Positions 1 to 11,067 of a DNA stretch of 64,000 nucleotides are shown here, piece by piece (the stretch's first letter is position 1; each line of letters starts with the position of its first letter). The position numbers and the translations under genes are program-made. The notes under the pieces are model-generated. The model was not told where the DNA came from, ran no database searches, and worked only from the letters and a program-made list of their open reading frames with translations. Origin of the DNA: an uncultured Pelagibacteraceae bacterium (GTDB taxonomy: Bacteria; Pseudomonadota; Alphaproteobacteria; Pelagibacterales; Pelagibacteraceae); contig CACJFJ010000005.1 of assembly GCA_902592675.1 (NCBI GenBank), forward strand, positions 910 to 64,909, given 5' to 3'.

Positions 1-1
1 T

Positions 2-802
2 TGTGCTTTACTACAAGAGGTAATTAGTACTTATGATCCAAAAGATTCTACCTCAATAGATTTCAAAAGAAATCAATACAGCAAAGAACTTACCAATAAT
101 ATAAAAGGAAAAAAAATTGGGATACCAAAAGAGTATAGAGTTGATGGAATGCCAAAAGAAATTGAAGATCTTTGGCAAAAAGGAATTGAGTATGTCAAAG
201 ATTGTGGAGCTGAAACAATTGATATTTCATTACCTCATACTAATTATGCTTTACCTACTTATTATATAGTTGCTCCTGCAGAAGCATCTTCAAACTTAGC
301 AAGATATGATGGTGTTAAGTATGGATTTAGAGCTAAGGGTGAAAATTTAATTGATATGTATGAAAAAACCAGGTCAGAAGGCTTTGGTGCAGAAGTTCAA
401 AGAAGAATTATGATTGGAACTTATGTTTTATCCTCTGGTTATTATGATGCTTACTATCTAAAAGCTCAAAAAGTAAGAAAATTAATTAAAAATGATTTTG
501 ATGAAGCATATAAAAAGGTTGATGCAATTTTAACTCCATCAACACCAAGTTCGGCATTTAAAATAGGTGAAAAAACAAATGATCCAGTTTCCATGTACCT
601 TAATGATATATTTACAGTCCCAGTTAATCTTGCAGGCCTACCAGGAATTTCAATTCCAGCAGGTCATGACTCAAAAGGATACCCATTAGGCTTACAAATA
701 ATTGGGAGAGCTTTTGATGAACAAAATATATTAAATATTGCCTTTGCAATGGAAGAAAAGATTAATTTTAAAAATAAAATTACAGATTGGTGGATTAAGT
801 GA
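2..802 (+). CDS. gatA: Asp/Glu-tRNA amidotransferase subunit A (5'-truncated by the window edge)
   Basis: The frame is open from position 2. Motifs [30 protein letters not shown] and [11 protein letters not shown]; directly upstream of gatB. Confidence 0.97.
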   Translation, partial: CALLQEVISTYDPKDSTSIDFKRNQYSKELTNNIKGKKIGIPKEYRVDGMPKEIEDLWQKGIEYVKDCGAETIDISLPHTNYALPTYYIVAPAEASSNLARYDGVKYGFRAKGENLIDMYEKTRSEGFGAEVQRRIMIGTYVLSSGYYDAYYLKAQKVRKLIKNDFDEAYKKVDAILTPSTPSSAFKIGEKTNDPVSMYLNDIFTVPVNLAGLPGISIPAGHDSKGYPLGLQIIGRAFDEQNILNIAFAMEEKINFKNKITDWWIK

Positions 803-2274
803 GTAAAAAAAATTCAGAGTATTTAATCAATCGAAAAGATAATCAATACGAAGTTGTTATTGGTTTAGAGGTTCATGCTCAAGTATTGTCAGAGTCAAAA
901 TTATTTTCTACCTCTGCTACTAAATTTGGAGCCGAACCAAATACCCAGGTAAGTTTAGTTGATGCAGCATTTCCAGGAATGCTACCTGTAATAAACGAAT
1001 TTTGTGTTAAACAAGCTATTAAAACTGGTATTGGCCTTAATGCAAAAATCAACAAAAGATCTGTATTTGATAGAAAAAATTATTTTTATGCAGATTTACC
1101 TCAAGGATATCAGATTTCTCAATTTAAAGATCCTATAGTAGGTGAGGGTAAAGTCATCTTAGACATGCCTGATGGACAAAAAGAAGTTGGTATTGAAAGG
1201 TTACATTTAGAACAAGATGCAGGAAAAAGTATTCATGATCTTGATCCTCAAAATACTTTCGTAGATCTTAATAGATCAGGAGTGGCTTTAATGGAAATTG
1301 TAAGTAAGCCAGACCTTAGATCTCCTGATGAAGTAAGTGCATATATCAAAAAACTAAGATCAATAATGAGATATTTGGGAACATGTGATGGTAATATGCA
1401 AGAGGGATCACTTAGAGCAGATGTAAATGTTTCTGTAAGAGCAAAAGGCTCAAAAGAATTTGGAACAAGATGTGAGATTAAAAACGTGAATTCTATAAAA
1501 TTTATGCAAATGGCTATTGAATATGAAGCAAATAGACAGGTTGATTTAATTGAGGAAGGTAAATTAATTGATCAAGAGACAAGATTATTTGATACTAAAA
1601 AGAATGAAACAAGATCGATGAGATCAAAAGAGGACGCACATGATTATAGATATTTCCCAGATCCTGATTTATTACCTTTAGAAGTATCTGATGAATTTGT
1701 TAATGAACTTAAAAAAGATATTCCAGAATTACCAGACGATAAAAAGAAAAGATTTATTGATAAATTTAAGCTTTCACCATATGAAGCAACAATCTTAGTC
1801 TCAGATATCGATACAGCAAAATATTTTGAAGAAGTTGTAACAAAGATGGGTAAAAATAAAGATATGAAATTAGCAGTAAACTGGATTACTGGTGAATTGT
1901 TTGCTGTTTTAAATGCCAAGAACTTAGAAATTTCTCAAAGTCCAGTTAGCGCAAAGAACTTAGCCATATTAGTCAATTTAATAAAGAATGGAACAATTTC
2001 AGGAAAAATAGCTAAGACTGTTTTTGAATTAATGTTAGATGGAGATAAAGATCCACAAAAGATTGTTGAGGAAAAAGGATTAAAACAACAAAGTGATCCA
2101 AAAGCTTTAGAGGCTTTGATCGACAAAATAATTAATGATAATAGAGAAAAAGCTATTGAATATAAACAAGGCAAAGAAAAATTATTTGGTTTTTTTGTTG
2201 GTCAAGCAATGAAAGCATCAGGTGGAAAAGCCAACCCTCAATTGATCAATGAGATCCTAAAGAAAAAATTATAA
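799..2274 (+). CDS. gatB: Asp/Glu-tRNA amidotransferase subunit B
   Basis: [44 protein letters not shown]. Confidence 0.98.
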   Translation: MSKKNSEYLINRKDNQYEVVIGLEVHAQVLSESKLFSTSATKFGAEPNTQVSLVDAAFPGMLPVINEFCVKQAIKTGIGLNAKINKRSVFDRKNYFYADLPQGYQISQFKDPIVGEGKVILDMPDGQKEVGIERLHLEQDAGKSIHDLDPQNTFVDLNRSGVALMEIVSKPDLRSPDEVSAYIKKLRSIMRYLGTCDGNMQEGSLRADVNVSVRAKGSKEFGTRCEIKNVNSIKFMQMAIEYEANRQVDLIEEGKLIDQETRLFDTKKNETRSMRSKEDAHDYRYFPDPDLLPLEVSDEFVNELKKDIPELPDDKKKRFIDKFKLSPYEATILVSDIDTAKYFEEVVTKMGKNKDMKLAVNWITGELFAVLNAKNLEISQSPVSAKNLAILVNLIKNGTISGKIAKTVFELMLDGDKDPQKIVEEKGLKQQSDPKALEALIDKIINDNREKAIEYKQGKEKLFGFFVGQAMKASGGKANPQLINEILKKKL

Positions 2275-2278
2275 GGTT

Positions 2279-2929
2279 ATGGGTTCAGACCTTAATATCA
2301 CAAAACATTTACAAGATTATATCTTAAGAAATGGTTTGAAACTGCATCCTATTCAAAGAGAAATAATTGATTATAACTTATCACTTGGTGATTCAAAAAG
2401 AATGCAAATATCAATTTCTCAATGTCAATTTCTACATTTGATTATTAAGATTTCCAAAATTAAAAAAGTTCTAGAAATAGGAACTTTTACAGGTTTAAGC
2501 ACATTGTCTATGGCATTAGCATTACCAGATGAGGGTAGAATAGTTGCGTTAGATAAAAATGAGGAAACAAATAAAATTGCTCAAAAATTTTTTAAGAAGG
2601 CTAATCAAAACCACAAGATTAAAACAATTATTAAACCAGCACTGGAAACTTTGATGAGTATTAGAAATGAAAAATTTGATTTAGTCTTTATTGATGCAGA
2701 CAAGATGAATTACCAAAAATATTATGAAATTTCGTTAGATCTATTAAATAAAGAGGGGTTAGTGATAATTGATAATGTTTTGTGGCATGGAGAGGTTGTT
2801 AAAAAAGATTTTAATGACAAGTTTACAAAAAGTATAAGAGATTTGAATGATTTTATCTCTAAAGATAAGAGAATAGAAAAAGTCATGGTCCCGTTTGGTG
2901 ATGGAATGACTGTTTGTAGAAAGATCTAA
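2279..2929 (+). CDS. class I SAM-dependent O-methyltransferase (caffeoyl-CoA OMT/TrmR-like)
   Basis: LEIGTFTGLS SAM motif, FDLVFIDADK, IDNVLWHG. Confidence 0.9.
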   Translation: MGSDLNITKHLQDYILRNGLKLHPIQREIIDYNLSLGDSKRMQISISQCQFLHLIIKISKIKKVLEIGTFTGLSTLSMALALPDEGRIVALDKNEETNKIAQKFFKKANQNHKIKTIIKPALETLMSIRNEKFDLVFIDADKMNYQKYYEISLDLLNKEGLVIIDNVLWHGEVVKKDFNDKFTKSIRDLNDFISKDKRIEKVMVPFGDGMTVCRKI

Positions 2930-3837
2930 TGTTCACTGTATTTGGTTTTTATAAATTTCAAAAAATAAATGATTTAAAAAGAAATCAAAAATTATTAAAA
3001 AATCTTTTAATTAACAAAAACATAGATGGATCAATAATTATATCCAAGGAGGGTTTGAATGGATCTATATCTGGAAAAAATAATAATATTAAAACTACAA
3101 TTACTAGATTAAAAAAAATTTTGAGTATCAAAAAATTTGATAATTTTAATAATTCAAAAAGTGAATTTAAACCTTTTCATAAAGCTAAAGTAAAAATTAA
3201 AAAAGAAGTTGTACCAATGGATTTTAAGATATCGAATAGGATCAAAAAAAAAAATACTCATATCGACCCAACTAGGTGGAATGAATTAATAAAAAATAAG
3301 GAAACGTTTTTATTAGACACAAGAAAACCTTTTGAATATAAAGTTGGATCTTTTAAGAAATCAATAAATCCAAATATAGATAACTTTAGAGACTTTCCAA
3401 AATACTTAAAAAGATTAAAAAAAGATCAACCAATTGCCATGTTTTGCACTGGAGGAATTAGGTGTGAAAAAGCATCTGCATATTTAGAAAAAAAAGGTTT
3501 TAAAAATATTTATCAACTAAAAGGTGGAATTCTAAATTATTTAAAAAAAATTAAACAAAAAAACAGTTTATGGAAAGGTGAATGTTTTGTATTTGACAAT
3601 AGAGTAAGCTTAAAACATGGATTAGTGCAAGGATCTTATTCAATTTGTGGTGGATGTAGAGAGCCAATATCATTTAAGGACAAAAAATCTAAAAAATATG
3701 AAGAGGGTGTGACTTGTCCTAATTGTTTTAATAAACTTTCAAAAAATCAAAAATCTCGTTTTAGAATGAGACAAAGTCAGGTATACAAGGCAAAACTATC
3801 AGGAAAAAAATATAATTTTCAAAAAGAATTTAACTAA
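2929..3837 (+). CDS. trhO: rhodanese-domain tRNA uridine(34) hydroxylase (TrhO/YceA family)
   Basis: EGLNGSIS, MFCTGGIRCEKAS, GGILNY, WKGECFVFDNRV. Confidence 0.88.
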   Translation: MFTVFGFYKFQKINDLKRNQKLLKNLLINKNIDGSIIISKEGLNGSISGKNNNIKTTITRLKKILSIKKFDNFNNSKSEFKPFHKAKVKIKKEVVPMDFKISNRIKKKNTHIDPTRWNELIKNKETFLLDTRKPFEYKVGSFKKSINPNIDNFRDFPKYLKRLKKDQPIAMFCTGGIRCEKASAYLEKKGFKNIYQLKGGILNYLKKIKQKNSLWKGECFVFDNRVSLKHGLVQGSYSICGGCREPISFKDKKSKKYEEGVTCPNCFNKLSKNQKSRFRMRQSQVYKAKLSGKKYNFQKEFN

Positions 3838-3845
3838 GGATTTAT

Positions 3846-5216
3846 TTGTCACAATCATTCAAATTAACCAAAGATCCAATATGGTTTTTATTGAGAAAAG
3901 TTACTATTCCAGCAAGTGTTGGCTCATTATTTCAAACTTTTTACAATCTCGTAGACACTTGGTTTGCAGGAAGAATATCTGCTGAAGCAATTGCTGCAAT
4001 TGCAAAATCTTTTCCAATTTATTTTACTATTATTGCCATAGGAGTAGGACTAACTGCAGGAACAAACACTTTAATTGGAAATAATATAGGTGCTAATAAC
4101 AAAAGAAAGGCATCATTATTTGTTGCCCAATCAATTATATTTGCAATCTTTTTATCCATAATAGTCACTTTTTTTGGTTTAAATGTTTCAGACTTCTTAC
4201 TTTCTCTGATGGGCTCTGATCAAGAAGCAATTGTTCTTACCAGAAAATATCTTGATGTAATTTTTTATGGAACCATAATTGTTTTGATTCAGATTTCCTT
4301 AAATGGAACTTTAAACGCACAAGGTGATACAAAAAGTTATAGGAATGTTTTAATTTTTAGTTTCTTTTTAAATATTGTTCTAAATCCATTATTTATTTTT
4401 GGTTATGGTTTTGTACCAGCATTTGGAATAGCTGGACTTGCAATAGCCACTGTAGTGGCTCAGTTTGTTGGTCTTTTGTATTTAGCATATAAAGTTTATT
4501 GTTGTGAATTAAAGAAATATCTTAAGCCCGAGTGTTTTATTCCAAAATTTGATCTTCTTGGGGAACTCTTGTATCAGACGATTCCTGTGATGTTTAGCAT
4601 GTTGTTGATTGGTGTTGGCTTGTTCAACATCCTTTACTTCATTGGTAAATTTGGAGATTTGGCTACTGCTGGTTATGGTGCTGCTTTAAGAATTGAACAA
4701 GTTTTTTTACTTCCCGTTATTGGATTAAATACAGCAGTATTATCTATTGGTGGACAAAATTTTGGTGCAAAAAATTATGATAGATTGAGAGAACTATACA
4801 GAAAAGCTCTTTTGTTTGGATCATCCTTCATGATTTGTGCAGGTATAATAATTTTTTTTGGTGCAGAGTTTTTGGTTTCATTATTTACGGACAACTCAGA
4901 GGCCATTAAGCATGGCGCAATATATCTAAAAGTTGCAGCATTAATCGGCCCAATATATCCAGTCTTTTTCATAACAACTGCCGTATTTCAAGCAGTCAAA
5001 AAACCATTGTATAGTCTTTATTTAAGTATTCTAAGATTAACAGCCCTTCCATTTTTAAGTCTATGGTATGTAATTAATATTAAAGGAGGTGATTACGAGG
5101 ATATTTTTTATACAATTTTAGTAACAAATTGGTTTATGGGAATTGCAGTTCTAATGTTTATTGGGTATTTTTTGAATAATGTTTTCAAACAAAATAAAAA
5201 TCTTTTTACTTACTAG
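3846..5216 (+). CDS. MATE family efflux transporter
   Basis: About 12 hydrophobic segments; YNLVDTWFAG, NIVLNPLFIFG, GIAGLAIATV, GQNFGAKN. Confidence 0.92.
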   Translation: MSQSFKLTKDPIWFLLRKVTIPASVGSLFQTFYNLVDTWFAGRISAEAIAAIAKSFPIYFTIIAIGVGLTAGTNTLIGNNIGANNKRKASLFVAQSIIFAIFLSIIVTFFGLNVSDFLLSLMGSDQEAIVLTRKYLDVIFYGTIIVLIQISLNGTLNAQGDTKSYRNVLIFSFFLNIVLNPLFIFGYGFVPAFGIAGLAIATVVAQFVGLLYLAYKVYCCELKKYLKPECFIPKFDLLGELLYQTIPVMFSMLLIGVGLFNILYFIGKFGDLATAGYGAALRIEQVFLLPVIGLNTAVLSIGGQNFGAKNYDRLRELYRKALLFGSSFMICAGIIIFFGAEFLVSLFTDNSEAIKHGAIYLKVAALIGPIYPVFFITTAVFQAVKKPLYSLYLSILRLTALPFLSLWYVINIKGGDYEDIFYTILVTNWFMGIAVLMFIGYFLNNVFKQNKNLFTY

Positions 5217-5658
5217 TATTAGTTTAATATTTTTCTTTGTCACATACCTTGATGTAAAATCTAGTGAAATAAAAGTTATAGACGGAGATACTATTCATTT
5301 AAACAATGAAAAAATTCGTTTTAGTGGCATTGATACTCCTGAAATTAAACAAATTTGTAATAAGAATAATGAGGTTATCAAATGTGGAATTCAAGCAAAA
5401 CAATTACTTATTAATAAGATAGGTAAAAACAAAGTAAAATGTGTCAAAGAGGGTGTAGATAGATATAAGAGAATTTTAGCTGAATGTTTTGTAAATAATC
5501 AAAGTTTATCTAAGTATCTTGTTCGAGAGGGTTATGCTTTTGCTTACAGGAAATATTCAACAAAATATATTCAAGATGAAGATTATGCCAAAAAAAATAA
5601 AAAAGGTATGTGGGCAATGACTTTTGAATATCCTTGGGACTATAGAAGAAAAAATTAA
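5179..5658 (+). CDS. thermonuclease (SNase) family protein with N-terminal signal/anchor
   Basis: VIDGDTI, RFSGIDTPE, DRYKRILA, GYAFAY. Confidence 0.92.
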   Translation: MFSNKIKIFLLTSISLIFFFVTYLDVKSSEIKVIDGDTIHLNNEKIRFSGIDTPEIKQICNKNNEVIKCGIQAKQLLINKIGKNKVKCVKEGVDRYKRILAECFVNNQSLSKYLVREGYAFAYRKYSTKYIQDEDYAKKNKKGMWAMTFEYPWDYRRKN

Positions 5659-6386
5659 TCTTTTTGTAATTTTTTTTCTAATTTTCTAACAAGATAAGAA
5701 ACAATTAATATTAAGACTAAATATTCTAGAATTAAAAATGTATATATTTCCAGCGGCCGGTAAGTTGTCACAACTAATTCGTTTGCCTTTCTAGTTAAAT
5801 CTCCAATACCAATTATTGATACAAGAGATGACATTTTTAGCACATACACAAATTGATTACCGATAGCTGGTAAGATATTTTTTATTGCTTGAGGCAAGAT
5901 AACTAATCTTAATTTTCTAAAAAAACTTAACCCTAAAGAGCTTCCTGCCTCCCATTGAGATTTTTTAATTGAATTAATTCCTGCTCTAAATATTTCTGCT
6001 TGGAAAGCACTTTCACTTATTGATAGAGCTATGATACCAGAAACAAATGGGCTAAAACTTATTCCAGTCATTATTGGTAGTCCATAATAAATCCACAAAA
6101 TTAAAACTAATAAAGGAATGGCTCTTACAATTTCAACATAACCAATATTGAGATAAGTTAAGAATTTACTTTTAGCCAGCGATGGAATAGCAACTAAAAG
6201 ACCAAGAATTATTGAAATAATTATTGAGACTATACTAATATAAATAGTAGTTGTTAAACCACTTAATAAAAACTTCAGATTAGTTAATCCCTCAATATTG
6301 TTTGGTGATAAGATCAACCAGTTTAATTCATTTTTACCGCATGACGTTAATGGAAAAATTAGAATTAATAAAAATAGATTTTTCAC
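5655..6386 (-). CDS. polar amino acid ABC transporter permease
   Basis: YVEIVRAIPLLV, AEIFRAGI, QWEAGSSLG (EAA-type loop), ILPQAIKNILP. Confidence 0.92.
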   Translation of the reverse strand: MKNLFLLILIFPLTSCGKNELNWLILSPNNIEGLTNLKFLLSGLTTTIYISIVSIIISIILGLLVAIPSLAKSKFLTYLNIGYVEIVRAIPLLVLILWIYYGLPIMTGISFSPFVSGIIALSISESAFQAEIFRAGINSIKKSQWEAGSSLGLSFFRKLRLVILPQAIKNILPAIGNQFVYVLKMSSLVSIIGIGDLTRKANELVVTTYRPLEIYTFLILEYLVLILIVSYLVRKLEKKLQKD

Positions 6387-6426
6387 TCTTTAACTTATAA
6401 AGAATAAAAAATTAATTACTAATTTT

Positions 6427-7194
6427 TTATAAGCTTTTTAAATTATATTTAGCTAGTAACTTAGTGAAGAAGCCTGAGGATTTTTTATCTTTAATCCATT
6501 TATTTACATAATCATTCCACTTAGTATCACCTTTTGGTACCATCATTGCTAAAAATGCTGGATTTTTTCCACCATCTGGAACTATTGCTAACTGAGGATA
6601 TTTAATAACTAATTTATTTGCCTCTGTTGAACTTGTAATATTACCATCAGCTCTACCTGCCAAGACTTCTTGAAAGTCTCTTGCTGGTGCTTCAATTGAG
6701 TTTAATTTTGATTTTGGGAAAAATTCTTTTGCTTTTTCCTCTTGAGATGTACCAAGAGTAGTTGCAATTGTTACATTTGCATTATTAAGCGAGTCCCAAG
6801 TTGGAAATTTTTTTAAGTTCTTTTTGAGAACAAGTGGTACAGTAGCATATTTGTAATAGGTATCGGTAAAACCAGCTACTTCAGCTCTCTTTGGCGTTTT
6901 TGTAACACTAGTTGAGATATCATACCTTGCGGATGTTATTCCTGAAACAATAGTTTTCCATTCTGCAGGTACAAACTCAATTTTAACTCCCATATCTTTA
7001 GCTAATTGATTCATAACATCGATATCAAAGCCTTTATATTTGTTTGTTGCGGGATCTTTAACCGTCATAGGATCCCAATCTCCAGTAGTACCAACTTTAA
7101 GCACCCCAGAAGATAAAATCTTATCTAAATTAGATTCTGCGTTAAGTGAAAAGGGTAAAAGAGCAAATATTGCTATTAAAAATATTTTTTTCAT
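6427..7194 (-). CDS. family 3 solute-binding protein, cyclohexadienyl dehydratase-like
   Basis: Signal peptide; [24 protein letters not shown]. Confidence 0.85.
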   Translation of the reverse strand: MKKIFLIAIFALLPFSLNAESNLDKILSSGVLKVGTTGDWDPMTVKDPATNKYKGFDIDVMNQLAKDMGVKIEFVPAEWKTIVSGITSARYDISTSVTKTPKRAEVAGFTDTYYKYATVPLVLKKNLKKFPTWDSLNNANVTIATTLGTSQEEKAKEFFPKSKLNSIEAPARDFQEVLAGRADGNITSSTEANKLVIKYPQLAIVPDGGKNPAFLAMMVPKGDTKWNDYVNKWIKDKKSSGFFTKLLAKYNLKSL

Positions 7195-7228
7195 GATTTT
7201 TTTTAACTTATTTGAGATCTAAATGTGA

Positions 7229-7792
7229 CTATAATCTTGACGCACTATCATTCATCCATGCGAATAAATGCTCAGAAAATGAGCGTCTTACAAACAAATT
7301 CACTTCATTTTTATTTTGATTATGAATGATTACATCTATTTTAGCGAGAATTGTTTGGGTCACAGAGCCAATTTTAACCTTAAAATCATTAAAATTATAA
7401 GGAGAGCCTGTTTGAAATAAATCATATATCTTATCCCCTTTGAGATTAATCCTAACAAATTGATCCGTTACATCTACCACAGCTCCTAAATTTAATTTAG
7501 ATATGTTTTTATTTAAAAGTGTTTCAGTTTCATAAGAATTTGTATTTTCTTTAATAACGCCATTTGAAAAAATCATCCATTCATCAGGACTCAACCATAG
7601 AGCAGTCAATTTTTCACTCTGAGTGGAAGTATTTGCTTTTGCAGGCAAAACCATATTTAAAGATTTACCAATAGCTGATAAAAATTCTCTTTTTTTACCT
7701 CTTACTATCAATTTCATGACAGGTTTAACCTCATTCATCTGTAGACCTTGATATGATTTTTCCTCTTTAATTGAATGATTATAATTTAGCAT
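7229..7792 (-). CDS. soxG: sarcosine oxidase subunit gamma
   Basis: LWLSPDEWMI, VVDVTDQ, VRRSFSEHL; last gene of soxBDAG. Confidence 0.9.
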   Translation of the reverse strand: MLNYNHSIKEEKSYQGLQMNEVKPVMKLIVRGKKREFLSAIGKSLNMVLPAKANTSTQSEKLTALWLSPDEWMIFSNGVIKENTNSYETETLLNKNISKLNLGAVVDVTDQFVRINLKGDKIYDLFQTGSPYNFNDFKVKIGSVTQTILAKIDVIIHNQNKNEVNLFVRRSFSEHLFAWMNDSASRL

Positions 7793-10790
7793 TTAATCTT
7801 TCACCTTCTTTATCTAAAAAAACTGGATCAGCTACAGTCACATTAATATTTTTATTTTCCATTGGTATAATTAATTTTTGCCCAAGCATATTCTTCCCAC
7901 CCTTAACCACACCTAATGCAATAGATTTTTTTAAGTTTGGGCTGTAATAACTTGAAGTAACATGGCCTAACATTTCAATAGGTGTTTTTTTAACATCAGC
8001 AACTATCTGCGCTCCTTCCTCAAGGACATCATCTGGATTTTCTGTTAATAAACCAACCAATTGTTTTCTATCCTCTCTAATTGTATCAGATCTATATAAT
8101 GATCTTTTTCCAATAAAATCGAATTTCTTTTTACTCACTATCCAATCCATTTGTAAATCAATTGGTGTCATTGTTGCATCAGTATCTTGTCCGACAATTA
8201 TAAAACCTTTCTCCGCCCTTAATAAATGCATCGTTTCAGTTCCATAGGGTGTAATATTAAAATCTTTACCAGCTTCCATACATTTTTCCCAAACAGATTT
8301 ACCAAAGTTTGCTTGGATGTTAATTTCATAACTATGTTCTCCAGTAAAACTGATCCTCATCACTCTACATTTAATATTATCTATTTTCGCATTTTTGAAC
8401 GACATATGTGGAAATTTTTCAGCAGAAAGATCTAAGTCAGGAATAACTTTTGAAACGATTTTTTTACTATTAGGACCACACACACTTATTGTAGCATAAT
8501 GATCAGTTACAGATGATAAATAGACATCTAATTCAGGCCATTCTGTCTGAAGATAATCTTCAAGTTTCCCCAATACATTAGCTGCACCGCCGGTAGTAGT
8601 GGTCATGATATAATGATTTTCATCTAATCTAGTTGTTACGCCATCATCATAAACCATTCCATCTTCATTTAGCATTAAACCATAACGACATTTACCTACA
8701 GCTAGTTTTGACCAAGCATTAGTATAAACACGATTTAAAAATTCTGAGGCATCGGTGCCCTGAATATCAATTTTTCCTAATGTAGATGCATCTAGAATAC
8801 CTGCCGACTCTCTAGCAGCTTTACTTTCTCTTTGTACTGCTTGATACATATTTTCATTATCCTTTGGATAGTACCAAGCTCTTTTCCATTGACCAACGTT
8901 TTCAAATTCAGCGTTGTTGGCAACATGCCAATCATGTATTGGAGTACGTCTAAATATATCAAAAAATTCTCCTACATTTCTTCCAACAATAGTTCCAAAA
9001 GTAAGAGGTGTATAAGGAGGTCTAAAAGTTGTAGTTCCGTGTTCACCCATTTTAGTTCCCGCTGTTTCTGAAATTATTCCTAAAGCATGCATATTACCAA
9101 GTTTACCCTGATCAGTTCCCATACCAGTAGTAGTGTATCTTTTTACATGTTCTATAGATCTAAACCCTTCTCTTAGAGCTAATTTAATATCTTTTGCAGT
9201 TGCATCGTTTTGATAATCAACAAAAGATTTGGTTTTCCCAATGGATTTATCAGATGGTAATAACCAAATATTTCTCTTTGATTGATTTAAACCCGAGATA
9301 GTTTCAACAGTTTTGAATTCAGAATTATCAATATCAAGAAACTTTTTAATAGAAGATAAGGTATTCTTTATTATTTCCTCTAAACCAAAGTCTCCATTAC
9401 AAGATCCAATGCTGATTTGATCTGAGGGATAAAAATCAGGAATAAAGACTTGATCTTCTTCTCTAAATTTTAATTTACCTCCTGATTGTGTAAACAAGTG
9501 TACTGCTGGGGTCCAACCACCAGATACACCCAAACAATCACAATTCAACTTAGTTTTGTCACCAATAACTGTTTGACCATCTTTTGAAAGTTTCATAATG
9601 GATATTTTATCAATTCTTCTATATCCGTAAGTATCAACAACAGTATAACCTTTATAAATTTTAATATTATTTTTCTCAACTTCGTATGAAATTTTAGAGT
9701 CAATTTGTTCTCTATTATCAATTATTGCATTAATTTTAATTCCTTTTTGAATTAAACTCATGGCTGTTTCATATGCCGTATCGTTATTGGTAAAAAGAAT
9801 GTTATTTTCACCACAAGCCACACCATATAAATCAATATATTTTTTAATTGCTGAAGATAACAGTATCCCTGGACGATCATTATTATCAAATATTAAAGGT
9901 CTTTCTATAGAGCCAGTAGCTGTGATTACTTTTTTAGCTCTAATTTTTAATAATCTTTGTCTTACTTTATTTTCTCTTTGATTAATCGGTAAATGATCAG
10001 TGAGATTTTCACGAGCCAATAAAAAGTTGTATCCATGAAATGCTGCAACGCTAGTCCTTGTTTTTATTTCTAAATTTTCAATTTTAGATATTTCGTTGAT
10101 TTCTTTTTCTAACCATGAACTTGTTATTTGATTATTAATCTTTGAAAATTCTGAGTTATCATAAATAGAAGATCCACCCAAATAAGATTTTTCATCAACT
10201 AAAAGAGTCTTAAAACCATTTTTGGCTGCCATTTTAGCTGCCATTATTCCTGATATACCTGCTCCGATAACTAAAACATCACAATGAATATATTTATGTT
10301 CATATATGTCTGGATCAGCGACTTTAGGTGATTTACCTAAACCTGCAGATTTTCTAATAAAATATTCATACTTCTCCCAGAAGCTTGCAGGCCACATAAA
10401 AGTTTTGTAATAAAAACCTGCAGGTAAAATAGGGGATAACAGATTATTAATTCCCCCAATATCAAAATTTACACTTGGCCAACAATTTTGACTAGATGCA
10501 ACTAAACCTTCATAAATTTCAACCTCTGTAGCTCTTACATTAGGCTCGGTTCTTGAGGAATTATCATGTAATTGAATAATTGCATTTGGTTCTTCAGAAC
10601 CTGATGTCATAATTCCTCGAGGTCTATGATATTTGAAACTTCGTCCAACAAGATGAATGCCATTAGCTAATAAAGCTGATGCTAGAGTATCACCCTTAAA
10701 ACCAAAATATGTTTTGTTATTAAATTTAAAAGAAACCCGATAAGTTTCATCAATAAATTTGCTTGTTTTAAATCTTAAATTATTAGTCAT
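7779..10790 (-). CDS. soxA: sarcosine oxidase subunit alpha
   Basis: GDTLASALLANG, RSFKYHRPRG, KRYTTTGMGTDQGK, GcvT-like C-terminus. Confidence 0.96.
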   Translation of the reverse strand: MTNNLRFKTSKFIDETYRVSFKFNNKTYFGFKGDTLASALLANGIHLVGRSFKYHRPRGIMTSGSEEPNAIIQLHDNSSRTEPNVRATEVEIYEGLVASSQNCWPSVNFDIGGINNLLSPILPAGFYYKTFMWPASFWEKYEYFIRKSAGLGKSPKVADPDIYEHKYIHCDVLVIGAGISGIMAAKMAAKNGFKTLLVDEKSYLGGSSIYDNSEFSKINNQITSSWLEKEINEISKIENLEIKTRTSVAAFHGYNFLLARENLTDHLPINQRENKVRQRLLKIRAKKVITATGSIERPLIFDNNDRPGILLSSAIKKYIDLYGVACGENNILFTNNDTAYETAMSLIQKGIKINAIIDNREQIDSKISYEVEKNNIKIYKGYTVVDTYGYRRIDKISIMKLSKDGQTVIGDKTKLNCDCLGVSGGWTPAVHLFTQSGGKLKFREEDQVFIPDFYPSDQISIGSCNGDFGLEEIIKNTLSSIKKFLDIDNSEFKTVETISGLNQSKRNIWLLPSDKSIGKTKSFVDYQNDATAKDIKLALREGFRSIEHVKRYTTTGMGTDQGKLGNMHALGIISETAGTKMGEHGTTTFRPPYTPLTFGTIVGRNVGEFFDIFRRTPIHDWHVANNAEFENVGQWKRAWYYPKDNENMYQAVQRESKAARESAGILDASTLGKIDIQGTDASEFLNRVYTNAWSKLAVGKCRYGLMLNEDGMVYDDGVTTRLDENHYIMTTTTGGAANVLGKLEDYLQTEWPELDVYLSSVTDHYATISVCGPNSKKIVSKVIPDLDLSAEKFPHMSFKNAKIDNIKCRVMRISFTGEHSYEINIQANFGKSVWEKCMEAGKDFNITPYGTETMHLLRAEKGFIIVGQDTDATMTPIDLQMDWIVSKKKFDFIGKRSLYRSDTIREDRKQLVGLLTENPDDVLEEGAQIVADVKKTPIEMLGHVTSSYYSPNLKKSIALGVVKGGKNMLGQKLIIPMENKNINVTVADPVFLDKEGERLNAKL

Positions 10791-11067
10791 TTTGTTTTAC
10801 TGGTGGTTTTTCACCCATTTTGTATACAGCTTTTATTTGGTCGTTTGACGTATCTCTAACTATATTGAACCATTTTCTACAACCATGAACATGATTCCAT
10901 CTTTCAAATTGAATTCCTTTTATATTTTTTCTCATGAACAAATATTCTGCCCATTCATCATCACTAAGTTCTGTAGGTTGTTTTGGTCTTACAATATGTG
11001 CTTCACCACCAGCTTTAAATTCGCTTTGTTCTCGCTCACCGCAAAAAGGACAATTAATTAAAAACAT
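10783..11067 (-). CDS. soxD: sarcosine oxidase subunit delta
   Basis: INCPFCGER, ERWNHVHGCRKWFN. Confidence 0.95.
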   Translation of the reverse strand: MFLINCPFCGEREQSEFKAGGEAHIVRPKQPTELSDDEWAEYLFMRKNIKGIQFERWNHVHGCRKWFNIVRDTSNDQIKAVYKMGEKPPVKQND

